DNA of 63,971 nucleotides, counting the filler, from Ionaspis alba (taxonomy: Eukaryota), in the NCBI GenBank assembly GCA_964255285.1. It is 3 parts of 3 records of this genome, joined end to end, with 100 filler letters (N's around TTAATTAATTAA, not from the genome) between each part and the next. Parts side by side here need not be neighbours in the genome. Positions count along the whole stretch, not along the records: positions 22,156 to 44,157 come from CAXUUL010000217.1; positions 44,258 to 63,971 come from CAXUUL010000259.1; 1 more part is not named here. One strand, 5' to 3'. Position 1 is the first letter of the stretch, and each line of letters begins with the position of its first letter. This document shows, piece after piece, positions 39,487 through 53,500 of the stretch. The notes beneath the pieces were generated by a model. The model did no database searches. It worked only from the letters and a program-made list of their open reading frames with translations, and was not told where the DNA came from. The position numbers were made by a program, and so were the translations under genes.

Positions 39487-42400
39487 ATTACGGCGGAAAG
39501 TGCATGGGTGAGATGAGGGGAAGGTCTGGGCTAACTGTCTGACGGAGAACTGGAATGTATATTGTGTCGTTGGGTAACAGGGGGACTGCACTGTGTACCC
39601 CTGAGGCTAGTTCAAACGGACTTGCTCGCTGTATATTTTCAAAGACGACGCGTTCTACCATTCTTGTTCTTTCGCGTGATATCAACACGACTCGTTCACA
39701 GTCAACAGTGCGCCTTTGCAGATGCTGAATGAATGACGCCTTCCATACTTAGTCCCATACAGCTGACTTGTGCTTTGTTTATTTGATCAGATTGTCCATT
39801 CTTAACCGGTCGCCTTGTAGGACACCTTGTTCCGTGATATGCAAGAGGCCGTGGTTAGATCTCAGGAATAGGAATATCATTCATACCTCGTGCGGGTCCA
39901 TGTATCTTCTGAGATTTGCATCTTTCAAAGTCTGTCACAAGTCTGACCAAATCCATTACATCTTGACATAGTGGGATCAGTCAATCCTGTATCGATCGTG
40001 GCCTGCTACTCCCATGTTGATCTCCAATCCCCTCTTTTCGTTGACAAACACATGATGAGTAGGATTCTGAGAGTCTCGTGAGCAGTACACGCCCGGAGAA
40101 GTCTCGCCAGAGCCCCAATTGCGCTTCCAATCGAAGCGTATCTTAGATTTGGTTGTCTTAGACAAAGTTGCTCGGAATTCCAACCTCATGGAAAGGCTCG
40201 ATTGTTTGAGAGGAAAGATAGAACTGGAGTAGTTGTTTCGGGTCCCTGGAAGTCATTACAATGAAAACCAACAAGTTGCCCAAGCAGCAGGATGTCTATA
40301 TCGATCTCTGAAGGACACCAGATCCGTCTCCATATCAATATTTATCTACAGCAAAGTTTAGGCCCATGGGGCAGCTTGATCGATTCCCCGCGGGCTTCAA
40401 ACCGGATTAGCTTCTTCAAGCCACCACATCTTGAGCATGAAGGTTCGGGACGACTTGGATGTCCATATCGCAGAACAATGGAGGATACGCCGCAAGCAGT
40501 CGACCTACCTTAGCATTGTCGGCCACACAGGACAGTAAAGGTAGAACAACGTGACAATGTTTTTGAAATCCACAGTGACGTGTACAGAGCAATGTCTTTT
40601 CCTTGTCTGACCCGGAGGTGTCAATCGATCTCTTTGATACATTCTAGACCGAAAGATCTCCGATCTCCGATCTCAAGTCCATATCTGCGGACAGGGAGCT
40701 TTTCCACAAGAAATATGTGCTTAACTCGTTCTGATACAGAGTCCGTCACGTCAAAACTTTGTAAAGATATTTGCCTCTCGAAAAGGTCCGACTTTACCCG
40801 ACACTGGCTGGAATCCCACCAACTCTCCAAGAAGACGAGTTGTCTCCTCGGTCTGAGCCTCTCAATTGACGGCTTGTCAACGGCCCGGTTGTGCTGAAAG
40901 GGAACCAACAACAACACACAATCGGGACTTCGGCAAACTCTTTGGGTTAGGAAAATTTTGATGCTCTAGATCTTCTAGATAATTCGAAAGCATGGTATGG
41001 TGTCAGTCAAAGTCACCAGTACATTATTATCCTGAATATCGACTAGCATTTTTGAATGAGAGTAAAACACAGTAAGTATGTCGTGCACTAAGTGACCAGC
41101 GATATTTCTCGCCACGTTTTTCGGCTGCATTAGTCGCTAGCTAAGAATCCAACAGACCCAGTAAACTCGATAACAAGCTCGATTGGCTATGCGTCCAGCT
41201 CCGGGGCACGGAGAGGTGTGGGGTACCTGGATACAACCCGCTCTACTTCCAACAAACCTATGCTATACACACTCGTACCCGAAGCACCAGGACTAGACTC
41301 AGCTTGCGCCGCCTTCCCCAACTCTGGGGCTTCCTTGTCAAGGTCTCACAGACATGGCAATCATGATGTAAATGAATGGTTTGGATTCACTGTGATACCT
41401 GAACCCCACCGCAAATAGTCTAGGACGAGCACAGCGGACGATCAATAGAATCCAGCCGAACGATACGGATACTTAGATCATAAGGAATGGAGGAATCGTT
41501 CCACGGCATGTGGTTTTGCAAGTAAACTGGCACGATCGGTCAGATAGAGTGCATTCAACAGTTCCGCTTATTCCGTAGACTGCGTCCATTGCTCTCATGA
41601 ACAACAGTCCTGCTCCTCGATAACTTCCTCGAAAGAAGAGCACCATAATCCTCTCACAGTACGATATACTACGACCATATGCACAATAAACAGTGCTAAC
41701 GAAAGGACTTTGCTTGGCTGCTGGTCAAGTCAGGGAATCAAGCATAATTTCGTAACTCGATCGTTTTGACGACTGATCTAAACGTTCTCGAAGCAAATGC
41801 TGCTCCTTCTCCTCGCGCTGCCCTAGCCCGGCTCAGCGCGCACCAACACAGGCGTGGGACTGAATACCGAGGCTAAGATCGACTCCAACAAAGTGTCGGT
41901 TCCTCGTAACTTGGTACCTAGTCAAACGTCTCACGTGGGATGAGAGGGGCGCCTTTCTCACATCTCGCTACTACCAACCCGCCGATCACGGGCATCGCCG
42001 ACTTGCTGCGATCCTTTCGATTTGCAAGTACGACTAAGCGTAGGATGTTAGGTAGAGAGAGACACAACAACTATAATAACGAAGAGATGACAGTCATTTC
42101 CCTCAGACCTGCTTGTGGACAGATCATGATTGGCTACGAGCACGGCGATGTGCTGACTCGCGTGGTGATTTGATCTTCGGCGAGCGGAGCGGACGTTAGC
42201 TTATCAGCCAACATCCCGCGGCGGCAGCCCCTGTCAGAACCCATCTTAAATGCTACCCGTTCTCGCTTAGTGCTGGGGTCTGAGAGGGTCGAGAGGGATG
42301 GAGACCGCTGGCGATCATGCATACGAAGCAGCGACGTTGCGGCACGGCCTTCCTCCCAGCACACTAAGTGTACAAGGAAGTCAGCTGCATTCAACAATAA

Positions 42401-42740
42401 CAATGCCATGGGTGGCCTATGGGCTACTTTCCTCCCCCTCGTGGATTAGCCTCCTTCCCCTTGCACTCGCCACGCGGAGACCTCGGGCTTTTGGAATATC
42501 CAATTCTATCTCTCCCTCTCCGTACAGCTAACACGCACCGCCGCTCCCCTGTCATGGCAGCCAACGTCTTTCTCTCACGTTTTTCTCCTCTCCACCCTTC
42601 TTCTCTTGCTCAAACTCCCTGTCTTCCTCCCGATGCTCACAGTGTTTCTTGGGTGTCGGTTTGCAATGATGGTAAAGAGTTGATATAAACACCTGTTCCT
42701 TTTGTCTGTCTTTGCTTCGGTACCCTTCCACGCCGCCGCC

Positions 42741-44157
42741 ATGGCAGCCTCCACGAACGGGCTAATGCCCTTGATCACCCCTCCTTCGCCAGGGCTGGAC
42801 ATACATGCCGACAGTAGGCCCAAAATCATTGCTGTCAGCGTTGCTTTGATCGTCATAGCTGCTGTTGCTGTCGTTCTTCGGTTCATCTCGCGCATGGTAT
42901 CAAAAGCCGGATTGTGGTGGGATGATTGGATGATACTCCTTGCTATGGTAGGTCCATGGAGGAGCAACTCTTTCGAGGCTTCGGGACGCTCGCGCTTACA
43001 CCGGTGGCAGCTCGTGTCGTGGGGAGCGTGCATATGTATGATAGTTTGTGAGTAGGACTGGAGAAACAAGAGTCACGCGGATCAGATGGGCTGACGGAAA
43101 CATCTAGCTACCCGCCTTGGTTTTGGTCGTCACATGGAAGATCTGGGAGGTCTCGGAGCACGATTGGAAGCAGCCCACGACTGGTTTCTGATATTGTGAG
43201 CACTGTTAATTCCAAAGCGGCCGAATTGCTGGGAAATATCTTCGCGCTCTAACATCATCCTAGTTATGTGTACGAAACAATCTATACAGTTGCGGTGGCT
43301 GTCACGAAATACTCCATCCTCCTTTTCTATTCTCGGATCTTCAAGGAGTTCTATTTCAAGATGGCTCTCTGGATCACAACGGGCCTGGTGACCGCTTGGT
43401 TTATTGCTATCGAAACAAGCGTCATAGTGCAGTGCATGCCTATCCACGCGTTATGGGATTTCGGACCTGGCAAATGTATGGATCTTCACATCTTCTTCCT
43501 AGGATCGGGTATATCGAACGCTGCTTTGAATGTGATCGTCCTTCTGCTCCCTCTACCAATGGTCTGGACATTGCAGATCCATGCTAAACACAAGCTGGCA
43601 CTCTCCGGTGTATTTCTGCTTGGTAGCTTGTAAGTGCTGCGATTCTTTCTCGCTAGCATTCGTCGCATAATCCTGACAAACAATAGTGTTGTTATCGTCT
43701 CTATCGTTCGAGTTGTCGTCCTGGGGAGGTTGGAGCAGGTTGACATCACCTGTAAGTTCCTCCCGTGGAGCTTGTCAGACAGTCTTTGACAATGCCGTCT
43801 AGGGTCATCCGTCGACTCAGCGCTGTGGACCAGTGTGGAGCCTGTCGTTGGGGTGTGTTCCGCCTGTTTGCCTATCATGCGCTCATTGTGGATAAGAAGC
43901 AGAGATTCAGACGCCGAATTGGAAGGGACCAATGGTGCTGGGTCGATCAGATCACTACACTCAATCAAACCAAATAAAGAACATCACCGAGCCCGTACTG
44001 GAAGCTACACCAGTCATACCCCACTCAATGAACTGTCAGCTGATGGAGAGCTTTCTTGGGGTAAGCATCTTGCTCCTTCTGGGGGCCACTCGAGGGGAAC
44101 AAGTGGTGCTACCGACCATGAGATGGACGATGTTCTACCAATTCAGAAGGAAGAACT
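42741..44157 (+). CDS. PTH11-like (fungal rhodopsin-domain) integral membrane receptor, truncated at the contig end
   Basis: AVVLRFISR...LWWDDWMIL, GFGRH, KYSILLFYSRIF, QCMPIHALWD..C, LPLPMVWTLQ, WTSVEPVVGVCSACLP; five GT-AG introns; no CFEM domain. Confidence 0.92.
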
Positions 44158-44257
44158 NNNNNNNNNNNNNNNNNNNNNNNNNNNNNNNNNNNNNNNNNNN
44201 NTTAATTAATTAANNNNNNNNNNNNNNNNNNNNNNNNNNNNNNNNNNNNNNNNNNNN
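44158..44257. other. Artificial contig-join linker (N-TTAATTAATTAA-N)
   Basis: Same linker as at 22056; genes on both sides are cut off. Confidence 0.95.
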
Positions 44258-47200
44258 CGTTTCGCCTTCGGCTTAGGGATTGACCCGGGGATGGCGCGGT
44301 AGATCTCCTCTTCTGTCATGCCAAGATGCCGATACATGTCGACTGCCCATTTAATGATTGGATCTGTGGGATCTGCCTTCTTCATCTCCGGGATCGTGAA
44401 TTTGGAGTCGAGAGCTTGTGCAGTGCTGATGACCTTGCTGTCGCTGTCTACTGGTGCGGTAAGCGCAGACAGAGACTCGGGCTCGTGCTCAGGCTCGTGA
44501 GGCTGCAGAATTGGGCGTAAAATGATGCGAATGGTTTGCCGGTTTGGAGTGACGACCTTTTCTTCGGCTTGTTGGTCCTGTAGCTTGAATGGTATGAGGC
44601 TTTCGGACGGAGTGGTGCGAGTCCTGGACAACGTGACTCCTGCTCCTGTTCCATGGATAGCTGCTCCAGTGTTTCGTTCGAGGCTTGGAGGTACTCGACA
44701 CCATTGGTCGAACAGGATTTTCCCCGCCTCGACACCATGAGTCTCGACGACGGCTTCCAGGAGGACGTTGAACGCTTCTGCGGGAATTTCGGTACTTGCA
44801 TGGGCTTGGCCACTTTGCTGGACAAATGGTACGGCAATTTCTGCCAGCCTGCCTGGAACAGCTGCCAGTATTCTGTTCACTTGGTTGACTCGACGAGCGT
44901 GAGAGTAGTCGGGAGGCTTCGACCGATCAGGTGGTGGAGTATATCTGCCGCGGATTATGTCCTCGAGGATCTCGCGCTGGCAGGTACGGCTGAGAGCCAT
45001 TCCTGGAATATCACTATTGACGCTTTCTTGCCGGACAATCTGACTCGCAAACACCATCAGGTCATATGCATCCAGGTAAATCCGCCGATCAGTCTTGAAG
45101 TAATCGAGCATCTCTGTGATTTTGGGCCATTTCCGTAGAACAACTTGGCAGTGCAGAATCGACCGCAAGGTCTCATCAGAGAGAGCCTCCGTTTGAGCTC
45201 CCAACTGCTTGAGAACTCGAACCAGTAGGTTAGAATCCGCTGTAACCATCGCAAATCGGAGAAGTGCTGGCTGGAGTATGGGAGATCGAAAAGAGGCAAA
45301 TGGGATGACTGGACCATCCACATCTTTGGAGTATATGAGCCACCGTCCAAGGTTCAGGAGTTTTGCATTCGTTATCAGATCGAGGAAGGCAGCCAGAATG
45401 TTCTCGGGTATCGCCATGTCAGATGCAGCAATATCAATGCGCTCCTCTACTTCTGTTGCATCAAGCTCGCTAATGACTAAATCAGCTCTTCCTGTTGTGG
45501 TACTCCTGATGAGGGATGTGCGGTTTTCATCCGCACACTTCTGGAGTCTCCGGAAGGTCATCAGAGCGCCTTCTATATTCCCCTGATGAATGTAGTTCTT
45601 CAAAGTATGGTGTAATATTCCAAAGCTCGCTGCAGAATGTATTTGTTCCGTCTGTTCGCGGCCTGCAGACCCAGAGTCTTCATCGTGGACCATGTACTTT
45701 ATTCTCTGAACATGAGGGGCAAGGTCCAGGATGCCGCTCAGAAGAGCTGGCCTTTCTTCGAGTAGACTACCTCCTGCCTCGATGAGACGGACGATAATTG
45801 CGTTCCAGAACGTCGGATTTAGGTCATGAGGCTGGCGGTCGAGTAGAATCTTACAATGTGCGATGTAATTGCGAAGGGTAGTCCATGTCATGTTGGAGCC
45901 GTATCTCCTCATTTCCATGATACTCAGCACCCCATCAGTAGTCGCAGCTACCACCTCACTACTTACAGTTCTGTCATCAAAAGTGAATAGTGGAGGTTCT
46001 ACCAATGGCTTATTAACACCATGTCACAAAATCCTCGTAGGCGTAGACAGCTCACCCAAGTTGTATCCTTCTTGATAACTTGCGAACCATTTCATTTGGT
46101 CGAGATTCCATTCCTGATCACCAGGAAGTCTCTTGGAAATAGACTCTGAAATAGTGTTCCAGTTGGCAACAGACCACGGCCTTGTAGATTTCCTTGCCGA
46201 CATTTCACTGACAATTCTCGCGGCCTCAGTAACCCAGTTACCCTCAACACAAGCCCACAAAATGAATTCCATCCAGGTGCCTATCGTTAAAGGATTTACT
46301 CGAGGCTGGGCTTCTGCTCCTGGTAACTCATGACCCTTGTATACGTACTTTGCACCTACGGAAGCGGCTTCAGCAATCACTCTCTTCTCCTCCGCTCTCC
46401 ATAAGGCGTCCGATAATGCTACCACGATTCGAGACCTCAAAATGTAGAGCGTTGGAGGCTTGCTGTAGACTTGGTATTCTTTAGCAGCCCCGTAGTCGTA
46501 GATACCAGATGGTATAGCATTGTAGTGGTGCATGTGGGCGAGTACTTGCAGTGCCGTGGACATAATGTCCTGCTGCTCCTTTGGCTCTCGGTGCTCGGCT
46601 TCGAGAATCATGTGTGCTGCACATTGGAATATTTGGCCAACAGCAATCCAGATCGAGGAAAGCCCTAGGCCCTTGCCTTGTGGCTCTTTCAACTCTGTGA
46701 TCTCATCAAGAGTAGGAGCAGGTCTCTTGAATATGTCCTCCTTTCCGAACGGCCGAGGGAATTTGGCAGTGAATTCATCCAATGAAGTTATGTTACGCCA
46801 CATCTTCTGAGTTAGGGATGGGAGCTGTTTCGTATTACGCTTGCACGCAAGCAACTCCTTGATCAGCCATAGGACAGCAGTCCGACGGCCCTCGTGCAGC
46901 GCAAGATAACTCAATAATCCCAATCTGAAGTAGGGCTGAGCCTCCTGAAGGAGCTTCGGAACTGATTCTATGGGACGAACGCCCTCAAAGTCGGCAAGGT
47001 TCTCTAGCCAACCCCTTGAGCGAAGTTCCAGTGGAAGGTATGGATCTAGGCGACGAATCCATATTCCGCGATCACGGGTCTTCGTCAAGGTAACGGGGAA
47101 ACCGGTCTCTTGATGTGAGTCGATCTCTGCTATAGCAAGTGGTTTATTGAGGGCAGACGCCTGCCTTGTCTCTGTACTCACGCCTCGACCGGCTTGTCCT

Positions 47201-47325
47201 GAAGCAAAGCATGACTTCGACGCCGTGGGCACAAGAAATTCGGACACAGCTATCCCCGAACGGGTTGGAGGACAGAACCCATTAACAAAGGCTCTGAGCG
47301 ATGAGCTCGGCAGTTTAGCCGGCAT
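44258..47325 (-). CDS. Large helical hypothetical protein, possibly mitochondrial PPR-like; 3' end truncated
   Basis: ORFs of 433 aa and about 580 aa joined in frame by intron 46055-45999 (GTGAGC...TAG); Ser/Arg-rich N-terminus resembling a presequence; PPR-like helices such as EAFNVLLEAVVETHGVEAGKILFDQW. Function is inferred only. Confidence 0.7.
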
Positions 47326-47816
47326 GATATACTCCGAGGCAGAGGCTTTCTATTGGAGTCGAGCATGTTTTTTATATTGCAAATATAGAGCGTATCGATT
47401 TCATAGGTCTAATCAGAGGCAATTCCCTATAGCTGGGATACAACAAAGAATCACATACACCCAGGAGCCCAGGACCGAGATCATGTTTCTCGTGAAAAAC
47501 TCGCTGACCGTCATGACAGTACCATGAACTTCGATGTGTTCATGAGGATTTTAGCTTGTCATAAACGCGCGCTAGATTAGCGAGCCAAGTCAGCCTAACG
47601 CCACGCTTCCATCCAAACACCGCGTACCCTTCAAGATTAGAACATCTTCATTCCATCTCTTCTCAACTCAAACCTCTCGACTTGCCTAGTTACTCGAATA
47701 GTGATAAATGCTGCCACATTGGTAGCGCGACTGCTACGAAAATCAAAGCGCTTTATTCCCCTTCCTGATGGACTTCTAAAGAGCGCAATCAGTTTGTATT
47801 AGAGAATTGGTCAAGT

Positions 47817-49288
47817 ATGGGTATCTATCGTTTAGGTAGGTAGAAACTTTTTGTACCTCCTAGCCAGAAATGTCTGTGCTCTTGATCGATGGCCCTTCCA
47901 GAGTACCGCATAAATTGCTCTGATACTCATTTGCTGCTTTTCCTCGTTTACTTGATATTGTAATCAAATTGGACCACTAAAGATCTTCTCATCTAGAGCT
48001 TGCTAGTACCGGTCGTGCCGTCTGCCGTAACACGGAGTGCAAGGACAACCAGGTCAAGATCCCAAAAGGAGCACTACGCCATGGCGCATTTGTTGATTTC
48101 GGAGAGCATCAATCATGGGCTTGGAAACATTGGTAAGTCTCTTGAAGGTTACTATGGACTCGAAACGTTACCCTATTCAGCGACGATAATCGCAAATCTG
48201 GGGGAATGGACTTGGTACCACTTGCTAACATGTTTGCAAGGGGTTGCGTTACACCTCAGATGATTGCAAATCTCAATGATACTATTGATGGAGATCTTGA
48301 AATGCTCGATGGGTATGATGAGATCGATGAAGAATCCCAGGAGAAGGTTCGGAAGGCGCTGAAGGACGGGCACGTCGCTGACGAAGATTGGAATGGAGTG
48401 AGCTGTGAAATACTCTACCAGATGTTGGATACTCACCCTTACAGGACCTTGAACAAAATCGCCCTGGAATGAAAGGATTCCGTTCGCCAGCCAAAAAGAA
48501 GAAAGCTAGAGAAGAAGCCAAGGAGGCTAAAGCCAGGGCTGCAGAAGAGGTAAGCCAAGTTCACAAGTCTACCTGCCCATCGATACTAGATAGGATCATA
48601 GCAAAATTCATGAAAATGATTCTGACAGTAACAGGCAGGTAATGAGAGTCCGACTAAGGCTCCAGCTAAGAAGCGTGGTCGTGCTAAGAAAGAAGAAGAC
48701 ATCGAAGCTTCTGGAGCAGATCAGGGTCCAACGAAGACAAAGTCGCCTTCAAAGAAACGGCGCAAAGTCAAGAAGGAGGAAAACGACGAAGAAGCGGAAG
48801 TGGTAGAAGAGCCAAAGAAGGCCAAACCGGTACCTAGGAAACGCGACCGCGCCATCAAGGGAGAAGACAACCAAGGCGACGAGGTAGAGACGACCCCGAA
48901 ACAATCAAAAGCTGCCTCTAGGAAGCGCGCGAAAGCCATCAAGGAAGAAGATGGGCTAAACGGATCTGAAGCGGCTCCGAAGCAGTCGAAAGCTCCTACC
49001 AAGAAATTAGCCAAAAAGCCAACGGTGAAGGTCGAAGATGATGATGAACCTGTTCCACGGAAGAAACCTCGAATCCGACAAGCCAGGATGGACTCTGGGT
49101 CTGGTAGCTCACCTGAAGCAGCACCGCCTAAGGGAACAAGGTCCAGAGGGGGTGCGCGAAAGACCGATACACAAGCTGACCCAATTAAAGAAGAAGAGGG
49201 CACCGTAGATGAAGTTGAACAGGAAGTTGTGGAAGAAGCTCCTAAAAAACGAGGCCGAAAGAAGGTTACGCCTAAAGCTTCGGCTTAG
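47817..49288 (+). CDS. PARP-type zinc-finger protein with a long Lys/Glu-rich disordered tail
   Basis: Spliced MGIYRLELASTGRAVCRNTECKDNQVKIPKGALRHG...WKHWGCVTP...LDGYDEIDEESQEKVRKAL matches zf-PARP (C-C-H-C). Introns 47836-47996, 48133-48240, 48398-48443 and 48550 to about 48638. No PARP catalytic domain. Confidence 0.88.
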
Positions 49289-50571
49289 GTCAGTATGATT
49301 TTCTCTCTGAGGTCCATCGGTGCTAACGAGTCACGCAGAGTAGTTGAGGAAGCTCATGCCTTTGAACATGCTGCTATAGACTAGGATTCTCTGGTAACTC
49401 TGGTAGCTCTGTGTTACTGCACGCCGTGGAACATTATGGCTGAAGCTTCAATGTCGAAATGGTATTTGCTCGCACTTTCATGGCATCATGCTTACTTGCA
49501 TTTGTTATCTGGCGTCTGATATCTTGTTTTGCACGCTCCTGATACCCCACTAGCTAGTGCTTTACTTTCGTAAATCCCTTCTGGCAGATTCCGCTGAAGC
49601 TGAAGTCACAATTCAAGGTTGAGACTAAGCCATCCCGAACGTCCATGGCTCCAGCTTGACATGGCGTGATACAAGTATGCACTCCACCGGATGAAGACAA
49701 TGTCCCATCGAGTCCCGTTGTCCCAGAATACCATAGCAGTTGGCAAGTGTGCTTCCCGGCCGAATTTTGTATCCATAGTTGAAACATACACTATACGACG
49801 CCTGGACCAGATACTTGCTACCTTGTGACTGGTAACATGCATCGCTCCACAACGCTCTGTTCCATCTCCTTCGTCCACTCTCTAGGCTGGACCTCTTCTG
49901 TCCGAATGGGTTCTCCCGAAGATCACTCGAGATACCAACGCGTCTGTCAGATCCTCATGACTCCAATCGCGGCAAGTCCTCGAAAGGGAACACCTCGTAC
50001 TAGGACAAATTGCGCGGATTTCTTGTTACCCCGCCAAGACCGAACAAGCTGTAAGCTCTGCCATCTCCTTCCTTTCGGCCGCACTTGCTCTACGCCGCTC
50101 AAGTATTTGTAGGACACGCAGTTGGCGTCCACGCAATGCTTTTTGGTTCTCTCTGGTCGTTCTTCCTTCTTAAATTCTACTCCTTATTTCGACCACCACA
50201 TGACATCGTTGCAACTGTCTAACTATCGACGGAATGATGACATCGCCTAGATACCAGTACGAAGATCACCAAGCTGATCCCAGCAACTCACGACAGGGAA
50301 CGGTCCAAGCCCAATCCACGGGTCCTGTGACTTTCTGTTGTCATGTCAAACACCGTTTTTAAGGTCAGTCATGCTTTGCCCTGATTGAGGCCATCGAGTA
50401 ATGGGGATTGACAAGGGAACGCGGCGCAACCAGTTTTACAGGGTCAGATTCTCTCTTTCTATGCTTAGCGTCACCCTGATCGTTATACCTCGAAGATATC
50501 GGACTAATAGCTACCACGTTCTGTCTCAATCGCTACTCTACGCGCAGATACGACAACGACAGTCAATTTCA

Positions 50572-53500
50572 ATGTGTCCATACACAAGCAGAGACCGAAT
50601 GCTGGAAACCGCTGCATCTGTATCTTACCGGTTTTGTATCGTTAGATCCTTCGCTTCTGCCAAAGTGCAAGACAGTCATCGAGAGACACGTCCAAAACAA
50701 AGCTGGTATTGCGCATTGGCAAGTTCAGAAGTGGAGAACCATTTCAAGACGATGGATCGAGCATCAGAGTACTTGTAAGTAAACAATCTCTAAGGCTGTT
50801 TGAGCTTGGCTAGGGTATATTGCCTTAGCGGCAACGCTAACCGATCGGCAGGTTTGCCTTCGCCTCTGTGCGTGATCGCCTAAAGACATCCTCAACTTCT
50901 TACCTGTCCCTTCTGCCTTCATCAGCCAGCCTGTTCGAGTGCAAACTAGCTCTGTTCTGTGTCCCCCTGGTTACGAATCTGATGCACAGCTTTCAGAGAG
51001 TAGAGAAGACCTTCTTCTTTGGGTAATTGCCGAATGCGAACGTCACTTCCCCTCCATTATCGCTTCACGCTCGACTTTACCGGCGTGTCATTCTAACATG
51101 ACAGCTATTAAAGCTCATCCGGACATTGCTCCACGTCTTGAATGCATACCATTGTCGGCTATCTGTCAGGATTTTGTCTATGGATTTTGCAAGAATAGAG
51201 ATGCTTGCTCCAAGATTCACAAGATTGTCCTTGTTCAAGATACCACTATTCCAACTACTCCAGTCACACCATCAAGCATCTCAAATTACCTGTCGCTGGA
51301 GCCCCGTGTTGCTCTTCCAAGCGACCGTACGTTCGATGAAGATGGTCCAGGCCGCCTCTCTACTGCGGGCGCACGGCACGACAATGACTTCGAGTCTATT
51401 AAAGACATCAGAATACTACCCACCACTGACGAGGTCTGTTTTGGTGCACAAATTCTGAAAGTTGAGGCGCTCTGATTGACTGTTTTGCTAGATTCTTTCC
51501 CTGAGACGACCTTATATGCCTCAAAAAGATCCGAACCAGCATCATCTGCCTGCAGGACCAGCGAGACTACTAGACATCTGCTTTCGACAACTACGCTATG
51601 AGGGCACAGAGCCGATTATAGATCCTTGTTATCATGCGATGCAGCAACTCGTGCTTGCTCGGTCGCAGAAGCCTCAGCCAGATTATCAATTTGGACTGGA
51701 GACACCACGAGGCGCTCGATACTCATTATTCCGAAACGTAGCTTTCGAAGAGCTCACCTTCCACGAACTCCACGGAGCAATTCTCCGGCTTAGCTATGAT
51801 TGTCCAAGAGCATTGCAAGGTCGTCGCATCCACACCTCAGGACTATTCGAAGAGAATATGCTCTGTGCACTTATAGGACTGGATGAGGAGGCAACTACGC
51901 TCGCCACGACCTTCTTTGAGGTCTATCTTAGAGAGAGCACTGTAAGTTGTGGTTGAGTGAGAGAACGAGATGACAAGCTAATCGGTTCTGGAGGATGCAA
52001 TGAAGCCGCGAACAGGCACACATGCCCGCGCTTCTATCCAACTATCATTCGCAGACAAACGCGATACAGCTAGTGTGCGGAGATGTGCATACTATCAACA
52101 AAGGCTCATGCGAGGAACCTTTGTACTTGTAGAGCTGCCCAATGTTCTACTGGCAGGTTTTGCGTTGCACTTGGAACGGCTTCAGAAGCTAGTGGACTCA
52201 AATGACTTCGCCTTCGCTGCTAAAATCGCTCCATCGAGTCGTGTCTCCACTGAGGCTGCACAAGCTCCATCCTATACGAAAGGCGCTGGCTTCGAATTCA
52301 ATATGACCAACCTCAAGGCACCATCTACAGGTCCAGTCGGTACGTGCCTGTCGATGCGTCCAACTCAGTTCAACGATGGTGCCACAGCCAAAGAAGCTAT
52401 TTTGGTAGCATTGAAGAACGAAACAACGTTAGACGAAGGTCAAGCCGTTGCTTTGGTTGAGAACCTCAATCGTGGACTTGCCTTCACCTTAGGTCCTCCT
52501 GGTACTGGGAAAACTTTCCTCGGTGTTTCTCTAGCCCAGGTCATTTTGGCGTCGCAGAGCAAAGCAGATCCAAAGCCCATCCTCGTCTGTTGTCAGACTA
52601 ACCATGCCCTCGATGACTTTCTATCCGATCTTCTGAAGAAGCGTATCACCAAGATCGTTCGACTAGGCAGCGGCAGTAAAGAAAGCTGGATCAAACCATA
52701 TCTACTTCGTGAGGTCAACTCTAAGATGAAATTGACCACGCTTGAGCGAGCAGATCTGATGGACGCTCGAACTCAGGTTGAGCATCTCATACAAGATGGG
52801 GTCGGTTGGGCCGAGTCTTTGAGTAGTGATAATCTTGGCTGGAACGTTATCAAAGATCATATAAGAGTCAACCATCCAGACATCTTCCGTCACTTCGCGA
52901 GCCTTGAGAAAGTTGATTGTGGCGTTTCCGATCTCAGAAGAGCTAGACGATTCACAGGCTTTGCCTACGAGCATTGGCTGGCAGGGGGAGACATCCGTGA
53001 TGTAAAGGCTCTTCTCGATGTTCTGGACACTCTCCTGGGAGATTGCGAACTCCCTAAGCGCTGTGGTGGCTTTGGTGCTAGTTTCAGGGACCGACTACAT
53101 GCTGATATCCTGCGCAATGCTGAGCAAGCTGCTGCGTGCGCTGACGGTAGCCGAGTCTGGTCACTTTCAGTGGCAGCAAGACACGATCTTGTTCATCAGT
53201 GGATCCAAGAACTGAATCCCTGGAAACCCTGCGATGCATTTGCGGAGGTTCATCGCCGTCACCAAGTTGCCATCGCTCGGAAGCGAGAGGCTCGCCAGAA
53301 GATCGACGAACGTTGCCTAGCTCAACAACAGATCATTGGTCTTACGACGACAGCTTGTGCTAGATATTGGGATCTCCTGAACCGACTACAACTGCGTGTC
53401 GTTATCTGCGAGGAATCATCTGAAGTCCTTCTATCTCACACATTGTGCACACTGTTTAGCTCTATTGAGCATGCAGTATTTGTTGGCGATCCTCTACAAC

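Noticed and set aside
37100..42700. Many short ORFs (e.g. 38466-38768, 39977-40189, 40621-40917)
   Set aside because: No motifs or coherent exon chains; only the 39298 microprotein is supportable.
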